Numbered from the stretch's first letter, positions 8,078 to 17,171 are shown. The stretch is 50,369 nucleotides of DNA from Elusimicrobia bacterium RIFCSPLOWO2_12_FULL_59_9 (GCA_001800185.1 MGUX01000066.1:1-50369); one strand, 5' to 3'. Numbers and translations: made by a program. The notes: a model not told the origin generated them from the sequence alone.

Positions 8078-10217
8078 AGACTCTCACCCAAGTGTCCTGC
8101 CAGAGCAGTTGGCCGGAGGGGTCCTGCCGCTTCTCAACGATCCTTGCCGGACTCGTTCCGATCCCCTGGGCATACCGGCCCATGGAGGTGTGACCCAAAC
8201 CCAGGGGAAGGGACACAGTATCCTGGCGCATGCCTTCATAATGCCGTGCCCGGGCCAAGATCTTGCCGGCGGGAGACTCAACCCATACCATCTGTCGATC
8301 CGAGATGCCAAGTCTTCTCGCGGCGGCAGGATGAATCTCAACCCACGTCTCCCACTGTTCGCCCAGATGTGCCCCCGCCAAGCTGTGCAGATACGGAAGA
8401 TGCGCGCCCTCTCCGAAGGAAAAGGCCAACGGGGTATGGACGTAAAGTCGCAGGGGAAAATTGGGATATTCATGCGCAAAGGGCTTTGGCTCAATATTTT
8501 TCGTCGAAAACCGGAGCTTCCTGGATTTTGTTTTAAGAGTTGACTTAATGTCGGCTTTCGCTGCCTCGTACTCCCACCAACCTCCTTCTCGCATCTGGCC
8601 CTCGGCCTGAGCTCTTTTGGCTGATTTTTCTAAGGCTTCCACGAAAGTGCTCCAAGGCAGCGCTTTGGAGACGGGCCCGCCCAGGGAATGGGCCAAGTTC
8701 AGGATGAAATCCCCGTGGTCTTCCGTATCGTAGAGCGGCCGGAGCACGGGAGGCGCGAAGCTGATCACGCCCTGTCCCAGAAGAGTTCTCGAAAAGCCGT
8801 ACTGCCAAGACTCCAGGCTGTGGTGGGGCGGAAGGACCAAGTCCGCCAGGCGGGATGATTCATCCAGATAGGGGGAGAAACTTGCGATGAACGGAATTTT
8901 CTCCAGAGCCTTTTCCCAAGAGATGGACTGAGGGGTCGAGAAAACAGGGTTGACCCGCTCCATCCAAAAGACCTCAATAGGACTTTTTGTGGAAGCCAGG
9001 ATGGCTTCCGGAACTTGGTGCAAGGACGGCGCCAGCGGAGGTTTTGGGGGCTCGGAGGAATAGGCGGCGGGCAAGGTGAGTTGGTACCTTTCCGCCTCGG
9101 TAGCCAGGACGCCGCGGCGGACCCCGATGGAGCCCAACAGCGCGTTGAGACTATGAACAGCCGTCTGGTTAAAAAGGCTGCCCCGATAGGTGATGGCGAG
9201 GGCCGGCTGGATGCGGGCCATCTCATGAGCCAACTCTGAAATCTTTTGAGTTTTGACGCTGGTAGCCTCGGCCACCTTTTGGGGAGAATATTCCTTAAGG
9301 ACCAGGGTCTTGAACTCCTCAAAACCCGATGTCCACTGGGAAACGAAGTTCCTGTCATAGAGGTTGTCTCGGACAAGCACGTGAGCGACTCCAAGCGCCA
9401 GGAGCCCTTCCGTATCGGGTCTTATGGAGATCCACTCGTCCGACTTGGCGGCCGTGGTTGAAAGTCTGGGCTCAACCTGGATGATCCGCACTCTCCTTTC
9501 AGGCCTGGCTCGGCGAAGCTCGCTGAAGGCCCTTTGAGCCTCGACCGGTGAAGGGAAGCTCTGCAGCCAGTCCCAGCCGAAAGACACGAGAAGGTTTGCG
9601 TTTTGTAGATCATAGAAGAGGCCCTCCGAAGAGCCGTGCATCATTTTGAAAGCGTCCAAAGGGGCCTCCGCCAACGGCCAGTTCCACTCCCAGAAGTTGG
9701 GCGTCCCGAAGAGCCGTGCAAAACGCTCTTGGATATCGTGCCTGATATCCCGGATGGGCGCCGCCAATACGGCCAACGCCTCCGGCGCATTGCGCCTTAA
9801 GAGGTCTGACAGCTTATCGTGGAGTATCTGATGCGCCTTACTCCAGGGGATTCTTTCCCACTGGCCGGAACCCCTTGGGCCCTTTTGGAGCAGGGGAAAA
9901 CGCAACCGGTCCGGATGGTAGAGGTCCTGAAGGATTGCTCCGCCCTTGGGGCAGTGCGTCCCGAGGCTTACGGGATGGCCGGACATCCCCGAGATTCCCA
10001 CAGCCTTGCCGTTCACGACGCGAACTTGAAGCATGCAGAGGGCCGGACAGAGTTTGCAGAGGGCGGGCTTGTAGGCCTCGGAGTCCAATTTGGGAAGAGG
10101 CTTTTCCTTGGGGGTCAACACCTTGGCTTTGAGGGCCTTGGGAAGGGCAAGCGCCGCGGTTAAAAAGCTTCCCCACTTCAAGAAGTTCTTTCTGGAAATT
10201 TCTATTTCCATAGACAT
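8067..10217 (-). CDS. Molybdopterin-oxidoreductase-like large subunit (ActB1/PsrA-like), Tat signal
   Basis: 716 aa with the signal SRKNFLKWGSFLTAALALP. The N-terminal FS0 motif CKLCPALC...HCPKG (C-x2-C-x3-C...C) is present. Whether a pterin cofactor is retained cannot be judged by eye. Confidence 0.85.
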   Translation of the reverse strand: MSMEIEISRKNFLKWGSFLTAALALPKALKAKVLTPKEKPLPKLDSEAYKPALCKLCPALCMLQVRVVNGKAVGISGMSGHPVSLGTHCPKGGAILQDLYHPDRLRFPLLQKGPRGSGQWERIPWSKAHQILHDKLSDLLRRNAPEALAVLAAPIRDIRHDIQERFARLFGTPNFWEWNWPLAEAPLDAFKMMHGSSEGLFYDLQNANLLVSFGWDWLQSFPSPVEAQRAFSELRRARPERRVRIIQVEPRLSTTAAKSDEWISIRPDTEGLLALGVAHVLVRDNLYDRNFVSQWTSGFEEFKTLVLKEYSPQKVAEATSVKTQKISELAHEMARIQPALAITYRGSLFNQTAVHSLNALLGSIGVRRGVLATEAERYQLTLPAAYSSEPPKPPLAPSLHQVPEAILASTKSPIEVFWMERVNPVFSTPQSISWEKALEKIPFIASFSPYLDESSRLADLVLPPHHSLESWQYGFSRTLLGQGVISFAPPVLRPLYDTEDHGDFILNLAHSLGGPVSKALPWSTFVEALEKSAKRAQAEGQMREGGWWEYEAAKADIKSTLKTKSRKLRFSTKNIEPKPFAHEYPNFPLRLYVHTPLAFSFGEGAHLPYLHSLAGAHLGEQWETWVEIHPAAARRLGISDRQMVWVESPAGKILARARHYEGMRQDTVSLPLGLGHTSMGRYAQGIGTSPARIVEKRQDPSGQLLWQDTWVRVYGA

Positions 10218-10234
10218 ATCTTCATTGACGGCGC

Positions 10235-10744
10235 CTACCTATGGCACGCCATACAATCCGTAGTTATTTTTTCGCGCCTATGGCAGGCCATGCATCCTTC
10301 CATTCGGAGAGGCACGGTCTGTCTCGCCACGGGCCTGTCCATCTTTCCGACATCCCCGTGGCAGACCTTGCAGTCCAGGCCGCCCGACCCCACATGGCGC
10401 TTGTGGGAGAACCGGACGTGCTGCGGAACCGTATAGACCTTTTTCCATGGGATTTCCCGCATCTGCCGGATGTATTCCTCCAAAGTTTTTGGGGTTTTGA
10501 GGCCGGGTTTGTCAGGTTGATGGCACAAGGCGCAGGTGGAGGTGTTCGGGATGCCGGCTTTCGCGGAGTCCTTAGCCCCCACGTGGCAGGCGTCGCAAGA
10601 GATACCGAAGTCCACGTGCTTTTTATGGGTGAAGGGCACTGGCTGTGAGACCTCCCACGTCCTGTATGCCGACAAACCTATCCCCGCAATTCCCGCAGCT
10701 ACGACCATCCAACCGAGCCAAGCGTGCAGCCACTCCCGCGGCAT
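10235..10744 (-). CDS. Membrane-anchored pentahaem cytochrome c (ACIII ActA-like, cytochrome c3/c7 family)
   Basis: 169 aa with one N-terminal TM helix. Five CxxCH motifs are present (CDACH, CALCH, CKVCH, CMACH, CMACH). It is a paralog of 25818-26318. Confidence 0.85.
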   Translation of the reverse strand: MPREWLHAWLGWMVVAAGIAGIGLSAYRTWEVSQPVPFTHKKHVDFGISCDACHVGAKDSAKAGIPNTSTCALCHQPDKPGLKTPKTLEEYIRQMREIPWKKVYTVPQHVRFSHKRHVGSGGLDCKVCHGDVGKMDRPVARQTVPLRMEGCMACHRREKITTDCMACHR

Positions 10745-10771
10745 CCAATCCTCCCCAAGCTACGCCGTTGC

Positions 10772-11677
10772 TTATCTGACCGACTCTACCGCTTTTTCCG
10801 CCTTTCCCGGACCGGAGCCCTTGGTTGGGGCAAACTCCTTGGCCAAGGATGTCAACCCCGTCATAGCCCCAAGGCCCATCGTCTCCACCGCGCTGGACGG
10901 CACTATCACCACCGTGGAGTTCTGCCGCATTCCTTCCAGGAGGATGTTCATGGCCCTCAGGTGCAGAGCCACGGGACTCTCTACGTACGAATTGGAGGCT
11001 TCCTTGAACTTATTGGCTACCTGGAGTTCCGATTCAGCCAGAATCACGCGCGCCTGGCGCTCCCGCTCCGCCTGAGCCTGCATGGACATGGCGTCTTGGA
11101 GCCCCACCGGGATTTTCACGTCCCGGATTTCCACAGAAAGCGCCTTAATGCCCCAGGCTTCCGTGCGCTCATCAATCATCTGGCAGAGCTTCGCGTCGAT
11201 CTTCCGCCGTCCGATCAGCATTTCAGAAAGATCCGTCTCTCCGATCATGTCTCGCAACGCCGTCTGGGACGACCAGGAGATCGCCTCCTTGTAGTTTTCA
11301 ACCTCCAAGGCCGCTTTCACCGGGTCCATAACCCTCCAAAAAAGCACCGCATCCACGTCCACGGGCACGCTGTCTTTGGTCAGGGTCTCCTCCGCGGTGA
11401 AGGGCGTCGTGATCGTCCTTAGGTCAATCCAATAGGGGATCGTATCGAAGAAAGGAAAGACTCCGAACAAGCCCGGCCCCCGCAAGCGGTGGAACCTGCC
11501 AAGCCTTAGCACCACAGCCTTCTGCCATTGACGGGCCACCCGCAGAGATATGACCCCGAAGAGTCCCGTGGCTGCTCCTATCAATGCTGCCAGCGGGGTG
11601 CCAAGCCAAGCGCTGACCAATCCTCCGGTGACCGCCAAAACAACGAACAGGCTTAGCGTCATTGGGTGAATACCCAT
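10772..11677 (-). CDS. SPFH/band-7 (stomatin/prohibitin-like) membrane scaffold protein
   Basis: It has N-terminal TM helices, then WQKAVVLRLGRF...VDVDAVLFWRV...AQAERERQARVILAE. I prefer the ATG at 11677 (MGIHPM), 9 nt after AGGAGG; the ORF track starts at 11686. It is about 80% identical by eye to 26356-27249. Confidence 0.9.
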   Translation of the reverse strand: MGIHPMTLSLFVVLAVTGGLVSAWLGTPLAALIGAATGLFGVISLRVARQWQKAVVLRLGRFHRLRGPGLFGVFPFFDTIPYWIDLRTITTPFTAEETLTKDSVPVDVDAVLFWRVMDPVKAALEVENYKEAISWSSQTALRDMIGETDLSEMLIGRRKIDAKLCQMIDERTEAWGIKALSVEIRDVKIPVGLQDAMSMQAQAERERQARVILAESELQVANKFKEASNSYVESPVALHLRAMNILLEGMRQNSTVVIVPSSAVETMGLGAMTGLTSLAKEFAPTKGSGPGKAEKAVESVR

Positions 11678-11697
11678 GTCATGCACCTCCTATTTTC

Positions 11698-12243
11698 TTA
11701 TTCATCGCGCGCTTCCTCCACATTCTGTCCTGCCGATTCCTTTGGCTCCTGGCTTTCCGTTGGCGATTTGAGACTAAAAAGATAGTGAGCCAAATCCTCA
11801 ATTTCTCCATCAGACGCCACGCCTTCCCAGGACGGCATGGCCAGGGGAGGCTCCAACTTGTCGTCATCCAACTTGGCAGGATGGGCGCCTTTGCGGATTT
11901 TGTCCTTCAGGTCCTTCCAAGTGAAGGCGTCGGCCAGGTCGTAAAGGTTCGGCACCATGCCTTCGGGGTCCGCGTTCGGATTTTTCACGCCACCCTGGCC
12001 GTCGGGTCCGTGGCAAACCCCGCAACGGAGCTCCCGAAAAAAATGGCGGCCTCGTTTTATAGGCGACTCTTCTTCGGATGAGCCAAGTTTTGCGGCGGAA
12101 CCGTCGAAAGTCTTTTCAGTGGCTGAAATGGCCCATAAGGGGCTCCACAATCTGGCCCGATATGCCAAAAACCCGTAGAAAGAGAAAAGTCCACCCCATA
12201 CGGAAGCCACAAGGATAATGAGATTGCGGGCTACGCTGTCCAT
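11698..12243 (-). CDS. Membrane-anchored monohaem class I cytochrome c
   Basis: 181 aa with an N-terminal TM helix (IILVASVWGGLFSFYGFLAY). It has a single CGVCHGPDGQG motif and a distal Met region (LAMPSW). Confidence 0.75.
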   Translation of the reverse strand: MDSVARNLIILVASVWGGLFSFYGFLAYRARLWSPLWAISATEKTFDGSAAKLGSSEEESPIKRGRHFFRELRCGVCHGPDGQGGVKNPNADPEGMVPNLYDLADAFTWKDLKDKIRKGAHPAKLDDDKLEPPLAMPSWEGVASDGEIEDLAHYLFSLKSPTESQEPKESAGQNVEEARDE

Positions 12244-12251
12244 GGCATTTT

Positions 12252-12680
12252 TTACTCAGCGCTTTCCTCTCCCGTTTTTTTGATCAGCTCCTTTTTGCGG
12301 ACCGAGGAATCGTACTTTAGGAATTCGATGATTTTGCCCGCGCTCTTGGCGTCAAGCCCGGAGCGCTTTTTCTTCCGCATTTTTCCGACATAGGGCTCCC
12401 ATTCTTGCGCCCCATAAGGGGCGTTGATGGGTCTGGCCAAAGTGTGGCATTTGGAACATTTCTTGGCGAAGGTTTTGTAATTGGCCTGCTGTTCTTGCGG
12501 ATAGTTGGAAACGTCAATGCTATCCGGGCCGCCGTCCCAGGGGAAGGTCTTCTCGGACGATGCTTCCGATGGCGATACGCCCGCGGGGGCTTCGCTTTTC
12601 TGGGCATAGAGATGCGCGTTTCCAATCCCCAAGGCCGCGCTGAGAACCGCCAAGCCCAAAGTGCGACTATTCATTTTCAT
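12252..12680 (-). CDS. Small periplasmic monohaem cytochrome c, family copy 1 of 3 in this window
   Basis: 142 aa with a Sec signal peptide. The conserved core YPQEQQANYKTFAKKCSKCHTLARPINAPY...FLKYDSSVRKK is shared with 20918-21394 and 33749-34303. Confidence 0.7.
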   Translation of the reverse strand: MKMNSRTLGLAVLSAALGIGNAHLYAQKSEAPAGVSPSEASSEKTFPWDGGPDSIDVSNYPQEQQANYKTFAKKCSKCHTLARPINAPYGAQEWEPYVGKMRKKKRSGLDAKSAGKIIEFLKYDSSVRKKELIKKTGEESAE

Positions 12681-12796
12681 GATGACTCCTAAATCGTGAC
12701 CGGCCCCGCGGAGCGGGCTTCTCCCTTTTCGGGATCGGGATGCGCGGATTGCGCACCGCGCCGGTCTTTATTAAGAACCGCTAATGCTCCGGCGGC

Positions 12797-14071
12797 TTAG
12801 AAACCGACCTCTACTTGAGCCGTCCAGCGGGTGTCCTTCGACTGCTTGGCGCCCCCCTGTTTATCAGAAAGCTCATCGTAGTATTCCACGAAGCCGCGGA
12901 CGTTCTCGGCGAGATAGCAGGATAAGTTTGCGAGGAAATGGTTCTTTTTCCTTGCGGCCTTGTCCTTGTTGGTGTCGAAACGCAGCAAAGGGACGATCCA
13001 AGGGCGGTCATCCTTTTTGATCGTGTAAAACGCCTCCAGGTAGCCCCCGCTGTTCTTCGAGTTCAAGACGCCGGTGGCCGCCACTTTGTTCTGGGCGTTG
13101 ACGATCGCTCCGCGGATATTGAGGTCCATGACTTCGACCAGGGCGTCCACGGCGTAGGCCGACATCTTATTGATCGACGTGCCCGTGGCATTTTTGCTCG
13201 TCAGATCGTCTTTTCCAGTTCTAAAGAAGGCGCCGACGGAAAGGCCCTTGAGCGTGTCGGCCACCAGCCTCAGATTATAGTTGGGCGGGCCGTAGCCCTC
13301 CTGGGCCTTGGTCGCCGCCGTTGTGGCGGCCTGCCCGCCTCCGAGTCCGACCGCATAGCTCAGGGCGCCCAGGCCCTCCTGGCTCGCCTCGCCCCGGACA
13401 GCCAGATATTGCTGATCCAGCATGAGCAATTCGCGGACGTCGCTGGCGCGCCTCGTAAAGCCGCTGTGGGCAAGAGTCTGGTAGGGGTCCACTTTGTGAA
13501 GAAAGTCCCCGAATCCGGCGATCACGTTGAAGTATGGGCTGGGATGGTAGCCCAGCGAAAGATCCGCGACCTCGGCCTCGAAGCCCGTTCCCCCGTCGTC
13601 CTCGGCCTCGATCTCCGTGAAGTAGGAGAAGTTCTTGGCCACGCTCCCATCGGCAACGAAAAGCTCCAACTCGTGGAGCGCCCGGTTCTGGGTTTTCCGG
13701 GTCTGCCCGCCGGACTTCTGTATGTCCAGGGGCCGGGCTTTGACGAACGCCCCCCAAGGGAACACGCTCGGAATGAACATGTCGCTTGCTTCGATTTTTG
13801 CGCCGGACTCTTTCTCTCTCTCCCGAACGAAGCCGTTGTTTTTGAATTCTCGGCCATAGTCGTTGAGCACGGGGAAAGCCGTGTGGCATTGAGAGCAGCT
13901 TATGCCGTATTTCCGCGCGAAGACCGGCACCGCCCCGGCCTGGCGGACGCCGCCCGGCCGCACCGGGCACAACCTTAACATCCTTTGGCTTAGAGGCGGC
14001 ACCAGCCACGAGCTGAACAGCACCCCCAAGACCGCCGCTGCGATGAGCGGGCCTTTTCTGATTTTCATCAT
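12797..14071 (-). CDS. Cyc2-like fused monohaem cytochrome c / outer-membrane beta-barrel porin (candidate metal oxidase)
   Basis: The start is set at the ATG at 14071 (MMKIRKG), preceded by GGAGG, giving 424 aa. It has a signal peptide and a single N-terminal haem motif, FARKYGISCSQCHTAFPVLNDYGREFKNNGF. About 330 aa of alternating amphipathic strands follow, ending in the OMP-type C-terminus VEVGF. Confidence 0.65.
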   Translation of the reverse strand: MMKIRKGPLIAAAVLGVLFSSWLVPPLSQRMLRLCPVRPGGVRQAGAVPVFARKYGISCSQCHTAFPVLNDYGREFKNNGFVREREKESGAKIEASDMFIPSVFPWGAFVKARPLDIQKSGGQTRKTQNRALHELELFVADGSVAKNFSYFTEIEAEDDGGTGFEAEVADLSLGYHPSPYFNVIAGFGDFLHKVDPYQTLAHSGFTRRASDVRELLMLDQQYLAVRGEASQEGLGALSYAVGLGGGQAATTAATKAQEGYGPPNYNLRLVADTLKGLSVGAFFRTGKDDLTSKNATGTSINKMSAYAVDALVEVMDLNIRGAIVNAQNKVAATGVLNSKNSGGYLEAFYTIKKDDRPWIVPLLRFDTNKDKAARKKNHFLANLSCYLAENVRGFVEYYDELSDKQGGAKQSKDTRWTAQVEVGF

Positions 14072-14114
14072 GTGTTTCCTCCAGATCACGAACCTTGCGC
14101 TTCCCCCCTCTAAA

Positions 14115-14130
14115 GGCAACACATTGGCCA
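14115..14130 (-). promoter_or_regulatory. Sigma54 promoter P2 for the cyc2-like/ACIII-like operon
   Basis: The minus strand reads TGGCCAATGTGTTGCC. It lies 44 nt upstream of the ATG at 14071 and about 90 nt downstream of the response-regulator stop. Confidence 0.6.
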
Positions 14131-14218
14131 GGAATTTTTTGCCTCTGGCCGCGATAAAACGGATTTAACAGGCAAATGCTTCCAATTTCTTGGAAAGAGG
14201 TTTTAAGTTGTTGAAAAC

Positions 14219-15580
14219 CTAGCGGAAGGACTGGGGGTTGATTTGGTGCTTCTTGAGATACCAGTAGAGGTTGCTCAGGGGAAGTCTTGCCGTTTCTGCG
14301 GTGGTCTTGACGTTGCCGCCGTGCTTCTTGAGGAGGGATTCCAGGTACTCTTTCTCAAAACTTGCCCTCAAGGAGAAAAAGTTCTCCGTCCCCTTTTCCA
14401 TGCCGTTGGAGTTTGTCACCAAGAACTCCGGAAGATCCGTGGCTTTGAGGGTGTCTCCTTCGCAAACGACCACGGACTTTCTAAGGACGTTCTGGAGTTC
14501 CCGGATGTTTCCGGGCCAGCTATAATGCGCCAGAATCTCAACGGCCGAGTCATCCAGCCGCGTAACCGGCCGGCGCATTTCTTTGGCGATTTTGGGAAGG
14601 TAGTGCTGCGCCAGAAGGGAAACATCCTCAGCCCTCTCCCGAAGCGGGGGGAGGCGGAGGGAGATGACGTTGAGCCGGTAAAAGAGATCCTCCCGGAATC
14701 TGCCCGCCTTGATTTCTTGCTCGATATCCTTGTTGGTGGCCGTGACGATGCGGACATCGACCGAACGGATTTCGGCGCCGCCGACCCGGCGAAACTGCTT
14801 CTCCTGAAGCGCCCTCAGAAGCTTGGCCTGAAGGGAGCCGGGAAGTTCGCAGACCTCATCCAGAAAGAATGTGCCGCCATCGGCGAGTTCCATGAGCCCC
14901 TGAGCGGCCCGGGATGCGTCCGTGTAAGCGCCCTTTTCATGGCCAAAAAATTCGTTCTCAAGCAGATTTTCAGGAATCGCCCCGCAATCCACGGGGATGA
15001 AGCGGCCCCGCCTGCCGGAACGAAGATGCAGCCGCCGGGCGATCAGTTCCTTGCCGGTCCCGGACTCGCCCAAAATCAAAACATCCGCAGGAGTCGCGGC
15101 CACCCTGTCCGCCATATCCAAAACCCTGAGGATGGCCGGGCTCCGGCCGATGACCTCCACGGGCGCATATTCTCTGGACACATGGCGGGCCAAGAGCCGG
15201 TTCTCCTCCCCAAGTTGTTTCTCCCGCAAGGCGCGGCGGATCTTTGAGGCAAAATCCTCCGGGTGAAAGGGCTTAAGAAGATAATCCAAGGCTCCAGCCC
15301 GCAAAGCCTCCAGGGCCGAATCCAACTCCGGGAAGGCGGTGATCAAAAGAACGGGGAAAGCCGGGTCCATCTCCTTGGCGGCTTTCAGGAGCTCTATGCC
15401 GCTTAGTTTCGGCATCTTGATGTCCGTGACGAGCAGATCGAAGTTCTGCGCTTTGAGCTTTTCGAGAGCAACGGGCGAGCGATTCTCCAAAAACACCTGA
15501 TAGCCGTCCTTGGAAAGGGCGGCCGCGCAGGTGGACAACATGTCAGGCTCGTCGTCTACGATCAGCACTTTATATTTCAT
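14219..15580 (-). CDS. Sigma54-dependent response regulator (NtrC family bacterial enhancer-binding protein)
   Basis: 453 aa. It has a receiver domain (VLIVDDEPDM...TDIKMP). The AAA+ domain carries Walker A GESGTGKE and the sigma54-contact loop GHEKGAYTDA (a GAFTGA variant). A C-terminal HTH is also present. Confidence 0.95.
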   Translation of the reverse strand: MKYKVLIVDDEPDMLSTCAAALSKDGYQVFLENRSPVALEKLKAQNFDLLVTDIKMPKLSGIELLKAAKEMDPAFPVLLITAFPELDSALEALRAGALDYLLKPFHPEDFASKIRRALREKQLGEENRLLARHVSREYAPVEVIGRSPAILRVLDMADRVAATPADVLILGESGTGKELIARRLHLRSGRRGRFIPVDCGAIPENLLENEFFGHEKGAYTDASRAAQGLMELADGGTFFLDEVCELPGSLQAKLLRALQEKQFRRVGGAEIRSVDVRIVTATNKDIEQEIKAGRFREDLFYRLNVISLRLPPLRERAEDVSLLAQHYLPKIAKEMRRPVTRLDDSAVEILAHYSWPGNIRELQNVLRKSVVVCEGDTLKATDLPEFLVTNSNGMEKGTENFFSLRASFEKEYLESLLKKHGGNVKTTAETARLPLSNLYWYLKKHQINPQSFR

Positions 15581-17127
15581 GGCTTAATCGCTGTCCTCCA
15601 AGGAAACCGGACGCGGAAGCAGCTTCCCTTTCCGCGAGCGCTTTCGACCTTGATTTCCCCGCCGAGGGATCGGACGAGGGCCAGGCTGATGGAAAGGCCC
15701 AGGCCCGTGCCTTGCTCATGGGACTTCGTCGTGTAGAAGGGATCAAAGATCTTGTCCAGAAACTCCTCGGAAATTCCCGGGCCGGTGTCCGCGATGCTCG
15801 CTGATATCCACCCATCCGCGAGATGGCTCTCGACCTTGAGCGCACCCCCCCGCGGCATGGCATCGATGGCGTTGTTGAGGATATTTAGAAAGACATGCAG
15901 CAGGTCATTGCGCCGCGATTCGATTTTGGGCAGGTCTTCCGCCAAGGTCTCTTCCATGATGATGCCGGCCCGTGAAACTCGTCCCGACAAGATGTAAAGA
16001 GCCTCGGAAAGCACATCATTGAAGTCCGTGGGGGATTTTGGCTGGAGGTGGGGTTTGGAGAGGCTGAGCAGACTTCGGACGACGTTTCCCACGCGATCCG
16101 CCTGCCGGTCCACGATCTCCAGGGTTTCCTTGAGGAACTCCGGCGCCGCATATTCAGCGGCCCCCGACCGCGCCAGCTTCATGCGGGTGGAGATGATCCC
16201 GATGGGGTTATTGACCTCATGGGCGATATAGGCCACGAGTTGCCCCAGCGCGCCGAACTTTTCAGCCTGAAGGAGCCGCTGGTTGCTGGCGCGAAGACGC
16301 TCCATGATGGTCGTGGTAAAAAAGGTCGAGCCGCCCAGCAGGATTAAAAATGTGCCGGTCGTGCCCAACACGAACGGCAACTGATGAGACGCATGAGCGG
16401 CTTGCGCGCCATGCCCCTCATGGGGAAAAATAGCCAGGGTATAGTGGGGCAAGAGCCGGAAATACTCTCCGAAAGCGGCGAAAAGGAAGAACGCGGCGAT
16501 CAGCGCCGAGACCAGGTAGGCGTCTCTCTTGGGCAGGAGTATTCCCGCAATGATGACGTGGAATATATAGATGACAAAGAGGGGATTTTCGAGTCCCCCG
16601 GAGAAATGAAGCAGATGCGTGAGGATAACAAGGTCGGTGAGGATGAGCCACAGCATGCAGGACCGGAAGTTCCCGAACTCATTCTTCGTCCAATGGAAGA
16701 CCAGGCTTGTCAACCAGAGCGCCATGCATCCCATCCACAGATACGGCGTCACGGCGTCCGGAAGGAGGCGCAGCACGTGCTGCGAGACGAATATCGCGGC
16801 GGTCGTAACGGCGGCGACGATCCAGCGCATGCTGAGAAACCAGGCGATCTGCTCGCCGATCCCTTCCGAACCGACCAGAACGCCGACGTCTTGAGAGAAC
16901 AATCGTTGTGTCCGGCGGTTCAACCACCAAGCCGCTGCGAAGGTCCCAACAAGAGTGGCGCTGATTCCTCTTAAGATGTGGAGCCGGTGAAGCGTCTCCA
17001 TCTCCGCGCCTGGCAGCCCAAAGCGCTCGAGCAGTTCATAACCGCCGAATATCACGAGGATGACGGTGGCGATGATAGCTGGAAGCTGCCATCTGTCGTT
17101 AACGGCTGGTTCAACCATGTGTTCCAT
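15577..17127 (-). CDS. Sensor histidine kinase with a polytopic membrane sensor domain
   Basis: It has a HisKA H-box (IAHEVNNPIG) and HATPase N and G boxes (LNNAIDAM, GTGLGLSI), plus about 8 N-terminal TM helices. The start is set at ATG 17127 (MEHMVEP) because the ORF-track start at 17259 lies upstream of the sigma54 promoter. It overlaps the regulator start by 4 nt. Confidence 0.9.
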   Translation of the reverse strand: MEHMVEPAVNDRWQLPAIIATVILVIFGGYELLERFGLPGAEMETLHRLHILRGISATLVGTFAAAWWLNRRTQRLFSQDVGVLVGSEGIGEQIAWFLSMRWIVAAVTTAAIFVSQHVLRLLPDAVTPYLWMGCMALWLTSLVFHWTKNEFGNFRSCMLWLILTDLVILTHLLHFSGGLENPLFVIYIFHVIIAGILLPKRDAYLVSALIAAFFLFAAFGEYFRLLPHYTLAIFPHEGHGAQAAHASHQLPFVLGTTGTFLILLGGSTFFTTTIMERLRASNQRLLQAEKFGALGQLVAYIAHEVNNPIGIISTRMKLARSGAAEYAAPEFLKETLEIVDRQADRVGNVVRSLLSLSKPHLQPKSPTDFNDVLSEALYILSGRVSRAGIIMEETLAEDLPKIESRRNDLLHVFLNILNNAIDAMPRGGALKVESHLADGWISASIADTGPGISEEFLDKIFDPFYTTKSHEQGTGLGLSISLALVRSLGGEIKVESARGKGSCFRVRFPWRTAIKP

Positions 17128-17155
17128 CGCATTTAGCGAACGGCGAGGGGGTTGG

Positions 17156-17171
17156 TGCAACGAAATTGCCA
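17156..17171 (-). promoter_or_regulatory. Sigma54 promoter P3 for the kinase/regulator operon
   Basis: The minus strand reads TGGCAATTTCGTTGCA, identical to P1. It lies 29 nt upstream of the ATG at 17127. Confidence 0.7.

Noticed and set aside
8067-10217. Calling the two molybdopterin-like proteins (8067-10217 and 23771-25813) genuine polysulfide, thiosulfate or tetrathionate reductase catalytic subunits.
   Set aside because: The gene context (pentahaem ActA-like upstream, NrfD-like downstream) is that of ACIII/Qrc-type complexes, whose large subunit is known to lack the pterin cofactor. Cofactor-ligand residues cannot be verified by eye, so no substrate is assigned.
12681-12796. 116-bp gap after the cyc2-like gene with GC-rich inverted repeats (GCGCGG-N8-CCGCGC), considered as an internal terminator or small RNA.
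   Set aside because: The stems are short (5-6 bp), there is no following U-run on the minus strand, and no promoter motif follows. It is more likely an intercistronic stabilising structure, and the evidence is insufficient to call a feature.
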